NCBI GenBank assembly: GCA_038245515.1
Contig: JBBRSJ010000003.1
Span: 25,921-89,920 of the forward strand
Direction of reading: 5' to 3'
Origin: Candidatus Limnocylindrales bacterium
GTDB taxonomy: Bacteria; Chloroflexota; Limnocylindria; Limnocylindrales; CSP1-4
Length of the DNA: 64,000 nt
The notes beneath the pieces are model-generated. The model did no database searches. It was not told where the DNA came from and saw only the letters and a list, made by a program, of their open reading frames with translations. A program made the position numbers and the translations under genes. This document shows positions 1-11,649 of the stretch, piece by piece; the stretch's first letter is position 1; each line of letters starts with the position of its first letter.

Positions 1-2105
<2,105 letters not shown>

Positions 2106-2150
2106 CCGACCGTCCGGGCTGACGGCCGCCAAGCCTCGGACATGACGACG

Positions 2151-2169
2151 CCCCGGACGAGGTCCGGGG
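2151..2169. terminator. hairpin between convergent genes (possible bidirectional terminator)
   Basis: CCCCGGAC-gag-GTCCGGGG is a perfect 8-bp stem lying between the + strand membrane gene and the - strand rpsT. There is no clear T-tract. Confidence 0.4.
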
Positions 2170-2224
2170 CGGGTCGATCGAGAATCGGAGCCGGCCGCGC
2201 TTCGGGCCCGGCTGCGAGGCGGGG

Positions 2225-2869
2225 TCAGTCCTTGGCGGCGGCCTTCTTCGCGGTCGCCTTCTTGGCAGTCGCCGTCTTCGCGGTCGTCGCCTTGGCAGCG
2301 GCCTTGACCGGCGCCTTCTTCAAGGTTGCATTGGCCGCGGGCTTCCTCACCGCCTTGGTTGCAGCCTTCGGCGCCTCGGTCGTCGCGGCCGCGGCTGCAG
2401 CAGCCGCCTCAGCGCGGGCCGACTTGGAGACCGCGGCGCGGGCCTTGCCGGCCGCCGTCTGGGCGCCCTTCGCCTTGTTCGCCTTGCCGGCGGCGATCCG
2501 GGCCTTGGCCGCCTTGGCCGCTTGGGCCTTCGAGGTCGTCTTCACGACGCGGCCGGAGGTCTGGACGGCAACGCCACCGGTCGCGGCATTGAACTTCAGG
2601 GTCAGGCGCGACTTGCGGCGCGCGGCGGCGTTCGCGTGGATCGCGCCGGTCTTGGCCGCCCGATCGAGGGCCGCATGCGCGTCGGCGAGGGCCTGCGCCG
2701 CGACCTGCGGATCGGCGTCCTGGGTCGCGATGCTCAGGGCGTTGGCCACGTACGTCTTCGCGGCGGTGCGGCGCGGCTGAAGGATCGCGTGGCGGCGCTC
2801 GGCCTGGCGGACGCGCTTCAGTCCCGAGGGCGTTCGTGCGCCCGTCCAGGCGCGGGGCGTCTTGGCCAA
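2225..2869 (-). CDS. rpsT: 30S ribosomal protein S20 with long Ala/Lys-rich C-terminal extension
   Basis: [25 protein letters not shown] and [22 protein letters not shown] align with the canonical S20. About 120 extra A/K/T-rich residues follow. The start is taken as TTG at 2869 and is uncertain. Confidence 0.8.
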   Translation of the reverse strand: MAKTPRAWTGARTPSGLKRVRQAERRHAILQPRRTAAKTYVANALSIATQDADPQVAAQALADAHAALDRAAKTGAIHANAAARRKSRLTLKFNAATGGVAVQTSGRVVKTTSKAQAAKAAKARIAAGKANKAKGAQTAAGKARAAVSKSARAEAAAAAAAATTEAPKAATKAVRKPAANATLKKAPVKAAAKATTAKTATAKKATAKKAAAKD

Positions 2870-3360
2870 GGGGTCGAACCTCGCAGAAGTGTGTCTGGGC
2901 CATGGAGGCCCGGCGGGTCGGTGCCGAGCACGAACCCGGATCGTATCAGACAGGCTCGCGCCTGACCAACGCCTTGAGGCCGCCTCGGGCGTGTGGCTTG
3001 CCGATCACCCCGACGATCAGTTCGCGGCGAACAAGCACCGGCCCTGCGTCGATTCGGGAGGATCCAGTTCTCCCGTCGCCATGGCCGTGCTCACTCGTGT
3101 GGAAACGATCGTCGGGCGATCACCCGCGACGCCGTCTCGTGATCCCGATCGACGTGGCTGATCAGAATCGCCACGGACCGGCGTGGCGGCACGCCCATCG
3201 GCGGCGCTGGCCCCTCATCGGCATGGTGGCCATGCTCGCTTACCCAGCGAGCCGATCAATGACATCGATCAGCGGGCGGGTGCCGACCGCGCCTGGGCCA
3301 ATCGGGCATCCACCCCCTTTTCATCGGCCGGCGCCACCCGACCGGCTACACTCCCGCCTC

Positions 3361-5172
3361 GTGACCATCCCCCAGGATCGCCTGCGCAACTTCTCGATCA
3401 TTGCGCACATCGATCACGGCAAATCGACCCTCGCCGACCGGCTCCTCGAGCTGACCCACACCGTCGAAGGCCGGCACATGATGAGCCAGGTCCTCGACTC
3501 AATGGACCTCGAGCGCGAGAAGGGGATCACGATCAAGGCCCGCGCCGTCCGCCTCGAGTACGTGGCCAAGGACGGCAAGACCTACGGGCTGAACCTGATC
3601 GACACCCCCGGTCACGTCGACTTCGCCTACGAGGTCAGCCACAGCCTCCAGGCGTGCGAAGGCGCGATCCTCGTCGTCGACGCGACTCAGGGGATCGAGG
3701 CGCAGACCCTCGCCAACGTCCACCTTGCCCTGAAAGAGGGCCTGACGCTGATCCCGGTCCTCAACAAGATCGACCTGCCCTCGGCCGATCCCGACACGAT
3801 CATGGACGAGCTCGAGAACGTCCTCGCGATCCCGCGCGAAGAGGTCCTGCTCGCGAGCGCCAAGGACGGGACCGGCGTTCCGGAGATCCTCGAGGCGATC
3901 GTCGCTCGGATCCCGCCACCGAAGGGCGATCCCGCCGCGCCGGTCCAGGGGCTGATCTTCGACAGCCACTACGACGCGTACAAGGGCGTGATCGTCTACG
4001 TCCGGCTCGCGGCCGGGACCCTCCGCGTGTCCGACGAGATCCGGCTGATGGCGTCGGGCGCGCGCGCCGAGCCGCTCGAGCTCGGCGTCTTCCGGCCGCA
4101 GCTCGTGCCGGTCAAGCAGCTGACCGCGGGCGAGGTCGGCTACGTCGCGACCGGGCTGAAGAATGTCCGCGAGGCTCAGGTCGGCGACACGGTCACGACC
4201 GTCGCCAACCCGGCGACCGAGCCCCTCCCCGGCTACCAGCCCGCGAAGAGCCTTGTGTTCGCCGGCATCTACCCGGTCTCGGGCGAGGATTACCCGCTCC
4301 TCCGCGAGGCGTTCGAGAAGCTCCACCTCAACGACGCGTCGTTCACCTACGAGCCGGAGAGCTCCGTGGCGCTCGGCTTCGGGTTCCGCTGCGGTTTCCT
4401 CGGCCTGCTCCACATGGAGATCGTCCAGGAGCGGCTCGAGCGCGAGTTCTCACTCGACCTGATCGCGTCGGCGCCGTCGGTCGAGTACCACGTTCAGCTG
4501 ATGTACGGCCGCGGCGAGATCGCGATCGACAACCCGGCGCTGCTCCCGAGCCCGTCGGACATCGAGGTCATCGAGGAGCCGTGGGTCAACCTGAGCGTCG
4601 TGACCCCGTCGACCTATATCGGCCCGCTGATGGAGCTCTCGACGAACCGCCGCGGGCTGTTCCAGAACATGGAATACCTCGACCCGACCCGGGTCGTCCT
4701 CCACTTCGAGATGCCGCTCGCCGAGCTGATCATCGACTACTTCGACCAACTGAAGAGCCGCAGCCAGGGCTATGCCTCGATGGACTACGAGGAGCTCGGC
4801 TACCGTGCCGCCAACCTCGCGAAGGTCGACATCCTCGTCAACGGCGAGCCGGTCGACGCCCTGTCGCTGATCGTCCACCGCGACAAGGCCCAGTCGATCG
4901 GGCGTAGCCTGACCGAGCGCCTCAAGCAGCTGATCCCGCGCCAGATGTTCGAGATCCCGATCCAGGCGTCGATCGGAAGCAACGTGATTGCGCGCGAAAC
5001 GGTGCGCGCCATGCGCAAGAACGTGCTCGCCAAATGTTACGGTGGCGACATCACCCGGAAGCGGAAGCTGCTCGAGAAGCAGAAGGAAGGCAAGCAGCGC
5101 ATGAAGCGCGTCGGGTCCGTCGAGATCCCGCAGGAGGCCTTCCTCGCCATGCTCCGGATGGATGAGGGCTGA
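3361..5172 (+). CDS. lepA: elongation factor 4 (LepA)
   Basis: [30 protein letters not shown] and the C-terminal LepA-specific region are present. The start is set at in-frame GTG 3361, which gives about 604 aa. The track ORF from 2836 adds about 175 non-homologous residues. Confidence 0.93.
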   Translation: MTIPQDRLRNFSIIAHIDHGKSTLADRLLELTHTVEGRHMMSQVLDSMDLEREKGITIKARAVRLEYVAKDGKTYGLNLIDTPGHVDFAYEVSHSLQACEGAILVVDATQGIEAQTLANVHLALKEGLTLIPVLNKIDLPSADPDTIMDELENVLAIPREEVLLASAKDGTGVPEILEAIVARIPPPKGDPAAPVQGLIFDSHYDAYKGVIVYVRLAAGTLRVSDEIRLMASGARAEPLELGVFRPQLVPVKQLTAGEVGYVATGLKNVREAQVGDTVTTVANPATEPLPGYQPAKSLVFAGIYPVSGEDYPLLREAFEKLHLNDASFTYEPESSVALGFGFRCGFLGLLHMEIVQERLEREFSLDLIASAPSVEYHVQLMYGRGEIAIDNPALLPSPSDIEVIEEPWVNLSVVTPSTYIGPLMELSTNRRGLFQNMEYLDPTRVVLHFEMPLAELIIDYFDQLKSRSQGYASMDYEELGYRAANLAKVDILVNGEPVDALSLIVHRDKAQSIGRSLTERLKQLIPRQMFEIPIQASIGSNVIARETVRAMRKNVLAKCYGGDITRKRKLLEKQKEGKQRMKRVGSVEIPQEAFLAMLRMDEG

Positions 5173-5950
5173 TCGGACGCCGATGGAGACCTGGCTGCCG
5201 ACGATCCGCACGCTGATCGCGGTCGGGCTCGCCCTCCTCCTCGTCATGCTCCGCCTCGAGGCCGCCCGCTTCAGCGCCGCGGAGTACGACGACCCGATCG
5301 ACGGCCGCGCCCCGTCGGTCCGGCGGCGGATCGCGTGGTACGCGATCGGGATCGTCCTCGTGACGGGGATCTTCCTGGTCCATCCCTCGCCCCAGAACGA
5401 CTTCGCGCTTGGCGCGGGCGATCGGTCGAAGGCCCTCGTGTACGGGTTCCTTTACGCTGCCGGCGGCACGGCGGTTGCGCTTGGCCTCGCGTTCTGGCGC
5501 TATCGGCGGCTCCGCTTCCCGGAAGCCTGGTCCTATCCCGGAGCGCTCCTCAACGCGGTCGTCACCGCCCTCGTCGACGAGGTCGCCTTTCGCGGCGCGA
5601 TCCTCGGCCTACTCCTGTTGACGGGCCTCGAGCCCACCGCCGCCAACGCGATCCAGGCGATTCTCTACGCGTTGACCACTCGCCTCGGCGCCCCCGGCCG
5701 GAACCGCTGGCTGCTCGTCATGGCGGTCATGATCGGTCTCGCCGGCGGCTGGGTCACCGCAGTCACGGGCGGCATCGCCGCCGCGTTCTTCGGTCATGCC
5801 GCGACCCGGTTCGCGGTCTTCCTCTCGACCGGCCACGCCGGCCAGTTCCTGCCGCGCGGCCGCGAGATCGAAGAGATCGAGGAGAAGCGGCGGCCTCCGA
5901 AGGGCTGGCGGGTGATCGGACCGCGGGAGTCGACGACGCGCGATCGATGA
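5162..5950 (+). CDS. CPBP-family (CAAX/Abi-like) intramembrane protease-like membrane protein
   Basis: Polytopic membrane ORF with [11 protein letters not shown] (an EExxxR-like motif) and FFGHAATRF (an HxxxN/D-like motif). The motifs are partly degenerate. The start may instead be the ATG at 5183. Confidence 0.5.
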   Translation: MRADRTPMETWLPTIRTLIAVGLALLLVMLRLEAARFSAAEYDDPIDGRAPSVRRRIAWYAIGIVLVTGIFLVHPSPQNDFALGAGDRSKALVYGFLYAAGGTAVALGLAFWRYRRLRFPEAWSYPGALLNAVVTALVDEVAFRGAILGLLLLTGLEPTAANAIQAILYALTTRLGAPGRNRWLLVMAVMIGLAGGWVTAVTGGIAAAFFGHAATRFAVFLSTGHAGQFLPRGREIEEIEEKRRPPKGWRVIGPRESTTRDR

Positions 5951-6008
5951 CGGCCGTCGGCGGGGCCGGCCGCGTGCTCTCTCGCGCCCGCCGAAGCTGG
6001 GGCGCGAC

Positions 6009-7319
6009 TTGATGCCGATGACGCGCGATGGTGGGCCGCAGCCCCCGGTGGGGCTCTACATCCATATCCCGTTCTGCGTGTCGCTCTGCCCGTACTGCGA
6101 CTTCGTCGTGGTCGCCGGTTCGGCGGCACGCGGCCCGACGAACCGGATCGCCGCCCTGGCGGACGCCTTGCGCGTCGAGCTCGAGCTCCGTGCGGACGCC
6201 CTGGATGCCGCGTTCGGCGCCCCAGGCGAGTCGGGCGCCCCGGGCGAGTCGGGCACCCGAGGCACCCGGGGTCCGCGGGGTCCGATGCGCCGACCCGACC
6301 TCGATACCGTCTACCTCGGCGGCGGGACGCCGACCCTCCTCCCCATCGACACGGTCGCGGCCATCCTCGAGACCGTCCGGCGGCGGTTCGGCATCGCAGC
6401 GGACGCCGAGGTCACGATCGAGGCCAATCCCGGTCCCGACGAGCGCGGTGACCCGGTCGCCCTGGCCCGGGCCGGGATCACCCGAATGTCGTTCGGGGCG
6501 CAGAGCTTTGACCATGCTGAGCTGCGCCGGCTGGGTCGTCGTCATCGCGCCGCCGATGTCGCCGACGCGGTCGCAGCCGCCCGGGCCGGCGGCATCGGCT
6601 CGATCAACCTCGACCTGCTCTACGATGTCCCGGACGGATCGCTGCTCCTGTGGATCGACAGCCTCGAGAGCGCGCTCGCGCTCGGGCCGGACCACCTCTC
6701 CCTCTACGCCCTGACCCTCGACGACCCCGACGCGGAGGGCCTGACCGGGCCCGACGGTGACCATCTCCCGACCAGGCGGGGCGCCCGGCGTTGGCGCGAC
6801 GTCGCCGTCTCCGCCCAGGACGACGATCGGGCCGCGGCCCAGTACCAGCACGCCGTCGAGCGTCTCGCGGCCGACGGCTGGCGTGGCTACGAGATCAGCA
6901 ACTGGGCGCGGCCGGGACACGAGAGCCGGCACAACCTGGCCTACTGGGAGCGACGGCCGTACGAGGCGGTCGGGCCCGGCGCCCACGCGTTTGACGGTGT
7001 GACCCGGCGTTGGAACGCCGCGAACCTCGGGCGCTATCTGGCCGCCCTGACGCCTGGGCCGGCGAGGACCGCCGCACCGCATTTGCCGCCGGGCGGTGCG
7101 GAGACCCTCGACGCGACGACCGCCCAGGCCGAGCGGGTCGTGCTCGGGCTCCGGACGGACCGCGGCCTGCCGCGCTCGGCCGCGACCGAGCCGCCGCTGG
7201 CCGAAGCGTTCGGCTGGGCCCTCGCCGCCGAGCTGCTGGCCATCGACGACGACGACCGAATCGTCCTGACCACGCGCGGCCGGCTCCTCTCGAACGAGCT
7301 GTTCGCCCGCCTCGTCTGA
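6009..7319 (+). CDS. hemW: radical SAM heme chaperone HemW / oxygen-independent coproporphyrinogen oxidase-like
   Basis: LYIHIPFCVSLCPYCDF carries the CxxxCxxC radical-SAM motif. The position after lepA and before hrcA matches the Bacillus hemN/hemW position. Confidence 0.88.
   Translation: MMPMTRDGGPQPPVGLYIHIPFCVSLCPYCDFVVVAGSAARGPTNRIAALADALRVELELRADALDAAFGAPGESGAPGESGTRGTRGPRGPMRRPDLDTVYLGGGTPTLLPIDTVAAILETVRRRFGIAADAEVTIEANPGPDERGDPVALARAGITRMSFGAQSFDHAELRRLGRRHRAADVADAVAAARAGGIGSINLDLLYDVPDGSLLLWIDSLESALALGPDHLSLYALTLDDPDAEGLTGPDGDHLPTRRGARRWRDVAVSAQDDDRAAAQYQHAVERLAADGWRGYEISNWARPGHESRHNLAYWERRPYEAVGPGAHAFDGVTRRWNAANLGRYLAALTPGPARTAAPHLPPGGAETLDATTAQAERVVLGLRTDRGLPRSAATEPPLAEAFGWALAAELLAIDDDDRIVLTTRGRLLSNELFARLV
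6216..6287 (+). repeat. in-frame nested tandem duplications encoding GAPGES-GAPGES-GTR-GTR-GPR-GP
   Basis: An 18-nt unit ggcgcccc(a/g)ggcgagtcg occurs twice, followed by 9-nt units ggcacccg(a/g) x2 and ggtccg(cgg/atg) x2. All lie inside hemW. Confidence 0.85.
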
Positions 7320-7331
7320 GGCCGAAAACGG

Positions 7332-7361
7332 TTGACACTCCGGCGATACGACTGCTAGCAT
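7332..7361 (+). promoter_or_regulatory. sigma-70-type promoter of the hrcA-grpE-dnaK operon
   Basis: TTGACA (7332-7337), an 18-nt spacer, then TAGCAT (7356-7361), located immediately upstream of the CIRCE element. Confidence 0.6.
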
Positions 7362-7363
7362 CC

Positions 7364-7390
7364 TTGGCACTCAGCACATGAGAGTGCTAA
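7364..7390 (+). promoter_or_regulatory. CIRCE operator (HrcA binding site)
   Basis: TTGGCACTC-agcacatga-GAGTGCTAA compared with the consensus TTAGCACTC-N9-GAGTGCTAA shows one mismatch. It lies about 55 nt upstream of hrcA. Confidence 0.92.
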
Positions 7391-7443
7391 TCCCACAGAC
7401 CACCCGGCGAGCCCCACCGCTCACCGGATCGTGAGGCAGCAGC

Positions 7444-8502
7444 GTGGCGCGAACCCGCACCACCGGCTCGCTGGATCCCCGTACCGAGTCGATCCTCCGG
7501 GCTGTCATCGAGGAATACGTCTCCACCGCAATCCCCGTCGGCTCGCATGCGCTCGTCGAGCGCTACGCCCTCGGCGTGTCGAGCGCGACCGTCCGCAACA
7601 TCCTGGCGGCGCTCGAGTTCAGCGGGCTGCTCACGCATCCACACACGAGCGCGGGCCGGATCCCGACCGATGCCGGCTACCGCTACTTCGTCGAGGCGAT
7701 CTCCGATTCGAGCCAGCTCGCGCCGGTCGAGCAACTGATGATCCGCCACCAGTTCGGCCAGGTACAGCATGCATCCGAGCAGTGGTTCCGGCTCGCCGCG
7801 ACCACGCTCGCTGCTGCCAACCGGATCGCCGGCCTGGCCACGGCGGCCAAGCCCCGCGCGGCTCATGTCCGGCGGATCGACATCGTCTCGATCAGTGACC
7901 GGCTCGCCAGCCTGATCATCGTGTTCCGCGAGGGTGCCCTGCGCCAGGTGCTCGTCACGCTCGCCGAGCCCGTCGAGCAGGAGGACCTGACCCGCGCTGC
8001 GGTGATCCTCGACGGCTTGATGGCCGGCCGGACCGCGCCCGACGCGGAGCGCGCCCTCGCCCGGATCGACGGCGACGGGCCGATCGGCACGCTCGTCCGG
8101 CGGGTGGGGGAGCGTGTCCTCGCGGCCATTCGCGACTACGATGCGACGATCATCGAGGAGGTCTTCAGCGACGGCCTGCTCCACGTGATGGAGGCTCCCG
8201 AGTTCGAGCGCAGCGACAAGCTCCGCAAGGTGTTCGCCGCGCTCGAGAACCGCGCCTACCTTGGCGAGCTGCTCGACAAGGTCGCGGGAACCGGGACCGT
8301 CCAGGTGTTCATCGGCGCCGAGAATGCGCCTGAGGAGATGCGCGACGTGTCATTGGTCCTGGCGCCGTATGGCGTCCCCGGCCGGGCGGTCGGTGTCGTC
8401 GGCGTCCTGGGGCCGACCCGGATGGCCTACCCCCAGGCGATCGGCACGGTCCGTTTCGTCTCGACCTTGATGAACGAGCTGGTGACCAACATCGATGCCT
8501 GA
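7444..8502 (+). CDS. hrcA: heat-inducible transcriptional repressor HrcA
   Basis: 352 aa. The N-terminal winged helix is ILRAVIEEYVSTAIPVGSHALVERY..VSSATVRNILAALEFSGLLTHPHTSAGRIPTDAGYRYFV. Confidence 0.93.
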   Translation: MARTRTTGSLDPRTESILRAVIEEYVSTAIPVGSHALVERYALGVSSATVRNILAALEFSGLLTHPHTSAGRIPTDAGYRYFVEAISDSSQLAPVEQLMIRHQFGQVQHASEQWFRLAATTLAAANRIAGLATAAKPRAAHVRRIDIVSISDRLASLIIVFREGALRQVLVTLAEPVEQEDLTRAAVILDGLMAGRTAPDAERALARIDGDGPIGTLVRRVGERVLAAIRDYDATIIEEVFSDGLLHVMEAPEFERSDKLRKVFAALENRAYLGELLDKVAGTGTVQVFIGAENAPEEMRDVSLVLAPYGVPGRAVGVVGVLGPTRMAYPQAIGTVRFVSTLMNELVTNIDA

Positions 8503-9139
8503 TCTGCGCGATCTCCGCGGCCGGCCGATCGGCCCCCGCCAACCCCAGACCGGAGGGCCCCGCATGACCCAACGAACCCGCGCGGAGGAGCGCGCCGACG
8601 AGATCGACATCTCGCCGACCAAGCTACTCGCCGACAACGAGCAGCTCCGGGGCGAGCTGCAGGCCACGACCGCCAAGGCCGAGGAGTACCTCGCCGGGCT
8701 CCAGCGCGAGCGGGCCGAGTTCAGCAACTACCGCCGCCGGACGACCGAGGAGCGTGAGGCCATGCTCGGGCTTGCCGGCGAAGACCTGATCCGGAAGGTG
8801 CTCGCGATCGCCGACGACTTCGACCTCGCGATCGACAACCGGCCGTCCGAGCTCGCCGGGAGCAGCTGGGTCGACGGCGTGACCGCGATCGACCGCAAGC
8901 TCCGAGCCCTGCTCGAGAGCGAGGGCGTCAAGCCCGTCGCCGCAGAGGCCGGCAAGCCGTTCGATCCCCGCGAGCACGAGGCGATCGTCAACGTCCCGGG
9001 CACCGGGCGCGCCGAGGGCGAGATCGTCGACGTGATCCGGCGCGGCTACAAGCTCCGCGATCGGGTCCTGCGCCCGGCCCTCGTTGCCGTCGCCGCGGCA
9101 CCCGAGCCCGGCAGCGACCCGGCTCCGCTCGACAACTGA
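8495..9139 (+). CDS. grpE: nucleotide exchange factor GrpE
   Basis: [37 protein letters not shown] is typical of GrpE. The ATG at 8495 overlaps the hrcA end. An alternative start is ATG 8564. Confidence 0.9.
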   Translation: MPDLRDLRGRPIGPRQPQTGGPRMTQRTRAEERADEIDISPTKLLADNEQLRGELQATTAKAEEYLAGLQRERAEFSNYRRRTTEEREAMLGLAGEDLIRKVLAIADDFDLAIDNRPSELAGSSWVDGVTAIDRKLRALLESEGVKPVAAEAGKPFDPREHEAIVNVPGTGRAEGEIVDVIRRGYKLRDRVLRPALVAVAAAPEPGSDPAPLDN

Positions 9140-9195
9140 CCACCGATTTCGACACCGACCATCACGCGAACCAACTGACAGGAGACACGAACAAC

Positions 9196-11160
9196 ATGGG
9201 CAAGATCATCGGCATCGACCTGGGCACCACGAACAGCGTCGTGGCCGTCATGGAAGGCGGCGAGCCGACCGTCATCGCCTCGGCCGAGGGTGGCCGGACG
9301 GTGCCGTCGGTCGTGGCCTTCACCAAGACCGGCGAGCGCCTCGTCGGCCAGCTGGCCAAGCGCCAGGCGGTCACCAACCCGAAGAACACGATCTACTCGA
9401 TCAAGCGCTTCATGGGTCGCCGCTGGGACGACCCGGAGACGAAGCGGGCGAAGGAGCTCGTCAGCTACACGGTCGAGAAGGACCCGAAGAGCGACGGCGT
9501 CGTCGTCAACATCGCCGACAAGACGTACAGCCCGCCCGAGATCAGCGCGATGATCCTCCAGAAGCTCAAGACGGACGCCGAGGCGTATCTCGGCGAGAAG
9601 GTGACCGAAGCGGTCATCACCGTCCCGGCCTACTTCGACGATACCCAGCGCCAGGCCACGAAGGACGCCGGCCGGATCGCCGGCCTCGAGGTCCGCCGGA
9701 TCATCAACGAGCCGACGGCGTCGGCCCTCGCCTACGGGCTCGACAAGAAGCACGACGAGAAGATCGCCGTGTATGACCTCGGCGGCGGCACGTTCGACAT
9801 CTCGATCCTGGAGCTCGGCGAGGGCGTCTTCGAGGTCAAGGCCACGAACGGCGACACCCACCTCGGGGGCGACGACTTCGACCAGCGCGTCATCGAGTGG
9901 CTGCTGACCGAGTTCAAGAAGGACCAGGGGATCGACCTCTCGAAGGACCCCCAGGCCCTCCAGCGCCTGAAGGAGGCCGCCGAGAAGGCGAAGATCGAGC
10001 TCAGCTCGACCTCCTCGACCGAGATCAACCTGCCGTACATCACCGCCGACGCATCGGGCCCGAAGCACCTCGTCGTCACGCTGACGCGGGCCAAGCTCGA
10101 GGATCTCGTCGGCGACCTCATCGACAAGACCCGCAAGCCGGTCGAGGCAGCGCTCAAGGACTCCGGCCTGAAGGCCGGCGACATCGACGAGGTCATCCTC
10201 GTCGGTGGGATGACCCGGATGCCGGCCGTCGTCGAGGCGGTCAAGGCGATGTTCAGCGGCAAGGAGCCTCACAAGGGCGTCAACCCCGACGAGGTCGTCG
10301 GCATCGGCGCCGCGATCCAGGCCGGCGTTCTCGCGGGTGACGTCAAGGACGTCCTGCTCCTCGACGTGACCCCGCTGTCGCTCGGGATCGAGACGCTCGG
10401 CGGCGTGATGACCAAGCTCATCGAGCGCAACACGACGATCCCGACCTCGAAGTCACAGGTCTTCTCGACGGCGTCGGACAACCAGGGCCAGGTCGAGATC
10501 CACGTCCTCCAGGGCGAGCGCGAGTTCGCCGCGGACAACAAGACCCTCGGCCGGTTCATCCTCGACGGGATTCCGCCGGCGCCGCGCGGCGTGCCCCAGG
10601 TCGAGGTGACGTTCGACATCGACGCGAACGGGATCCTCGACGTCAAAGCCAAGGATCGGGCCACGTCCAAGGAGCAGCAGGTCCGGATCACCGCGTCCTC
10701 GATGCTCTCGAAGGACGACGTCGACAAGATGGTCCGCGAGGCGTCCGAGCACGCCGACGAGGACAAGAAGCGGCGCGAGGAAGTCGAGACCCGCAACCAG
10801 GCGGAGCAGCTCACCTACCAGGCCGAACGGACGATCAAGGACCTGGGCGACAAAGTGCCGGCCGAGGACCGGGCGACGGTCGAGAACCAGGTGTCGTCGC
10901 TCCGCGACGCGCTCAAGGGCTCGGATATCGACCCGATCAATGCCGGCGCTGCGGCGCTCGCCGAGACGCTGACGCGGGTCTCGACGGCGGCCTACCAGGC
11001 GGCGGCGTCGGAGGCCTCCAACGGCTCGTCCTCGGACGGTGCCGATGGCGGCGCCGAGGGCGGCGAAGCCGCGCAAGGCGAGCCGGCGGGTGCCCGCGTG
11101 GGCGGCTCGCCCGAGGGCGGCACGGACGACACGGTCGAGGGCGAGTTCAAGGAGGTCTGA
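9196..11160 (+). CDS. dnaK: molecular chaperone DnaK (Hsp70)
   Basis: 654 aa with [25 protein letters not shown] and [14 protein letters not shown] good SD (caggaga) lies upstream. Confidence 0.98.
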   Translation: MGKIIGIDLGTTNSVVAVMEGGEPTVIASAEGGRTVPSVVAFTKTGERLVGQLAKRQAVTNPKNTIYSIKRFMGRRWDDPETKRAKELVSYTVEKDPKSDGVVVNIADKTYSPPEISAMILQKLKTDAEAYLGEKVTEAVITVPAYFDDTQRQATKDAGRIAGLEVRRIINEPTASALAYGLDKKHDEKIAVYDLGGGTFDISILELGEGVFEVKATNGDTHLGGDDFDQRVIEWLLTEFKKDQGIDLSKDPQALQRLKEAAEKAKIELSSTSSTEINLPYITADASGPKHLVVTLTRAKLEDLVGDLIDKTRKPVEAALKDSGLKAGDIDEVILVGGMTRMPAVVEAVKAMFSGKEPHKGVNPDEVVGIGAAIQAGVLAGDVKDVLLLDVTPLSLGIETLGGVMTKLIERNTTIPTSKSQVFSTASDNQGQVEIHVLQGEREFAADNKTLGRFILDGIPPAPRGVPQVEVTFDIDANGILDVKAKDRATSKEQQVRITASSMLSKDDVDKMVREASEHADEDKKRREEVETRNQAEQLTYQAERTIKDLGDKVPAEDRATVENQVSSLRDALKGSDIDPINAGAAALAETLTRVSTAAYQAAASEASNGSSSDGADGGAEGGEAAQGEPAGARVGGSPEGGTDDTVEGEFKEV

Positions 11161-11195
11161 GCCTCCGCGGTTCGCCCGCTCATCGCGGATCCGCA

Positions 11196-11224
11196 GCGCC
11201 CGGCCGGGTTTCCCTGCCGGGCGC
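11196..11224 (+). terminator. stem-loop terminator downstream of dnaK
   Basis: GCGCCCGGC-cgggtttccct-GCCGGGCGC has a perfect 9-bp stem (10 bp with the flanking a/t pair) and is followed by ttcgattcg. Confidence 0.6.
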
Positions 11225-11309
11225 TTCGATTCGTACCACTCGCGCGGCTGGCCCCGACCCGCCCGCGCCGTCTCGCGCCCGGAAATTGACGAACGAATCT
11301 CACCCGGTC

Positions 11310-11640
11310 GTTAGTCAGCGACTTCTTGTCAACTGCTCGCTCTGCGATCCACGGGCGACGCGCCATCAAGCCGCGCCCGAAGGCGATGCCGTCCACGCCG
11401 CTCAGGATGACCATGCCGCCTGCACGGTCGCTGATCTGGAGCGAATCTGATTGACCACGTCTGCGAGGGACAGGTTCGGAGTTGACGCCGTATTGACGGT
11501 CGCGCCATGGATCGACCACAGCCGCCACTCCTCAAGAACGCCGGCGAGCCTGGTCCGCCGGTGCCGGACGACCGGCACCGGCGCGAACGGGAAACCCAAG
11601 GTCGCGAAAATCCTGCAGAGACGAAGCCTCGCTCGCGGCC
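11310..11640 (-). pseudogene. possible decayed TIM-barrel flavoprotein gene (Dus/OYE-like remnant)
   Basis: Minus-strand fragments lie in at least two frames: LWSIHGATVNTA.. and ..LQISDRAGGMVILSGVDGIAFGRGLMARRPWIAERA. The latter resembles the ...DG(V/I)M(I/F)GRG..PW(I/L) C-terminal motif of dihydrouridine synthase and OYE families. There is no intact ORF. Confidence 0.3.
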
Positions 11641-11649
11641 CGGGACGGC

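Noticed and set aside
2142-2780. 212-aa plus-strand Ala-rich ORF.
   Set aside because: It is the mirror frame of the A/K-rich S20 tail (GCC/GCG-rich DNA) and has no start context or domain.
2836-3360. 175-aa N-terminal extension of LepA implied by the 778-aa track ORF.
   Set aside because: The extension has no homology and a P/R-rich composition. Canonical LepA begins a few residues before [15 protein letters not shown], and an in-frame GTG is available at 3361.
5763-7370. 535-aa minus-strand ORF, with similar ones at 9046-10272, 16092-17684, 53027-54526 (+) and 59246-61018.
   Set aside because: All are shadow frames opposite hemW, dnaK, udg/dnaJ, potD and cupin/GH18, which carry strong family signatures.
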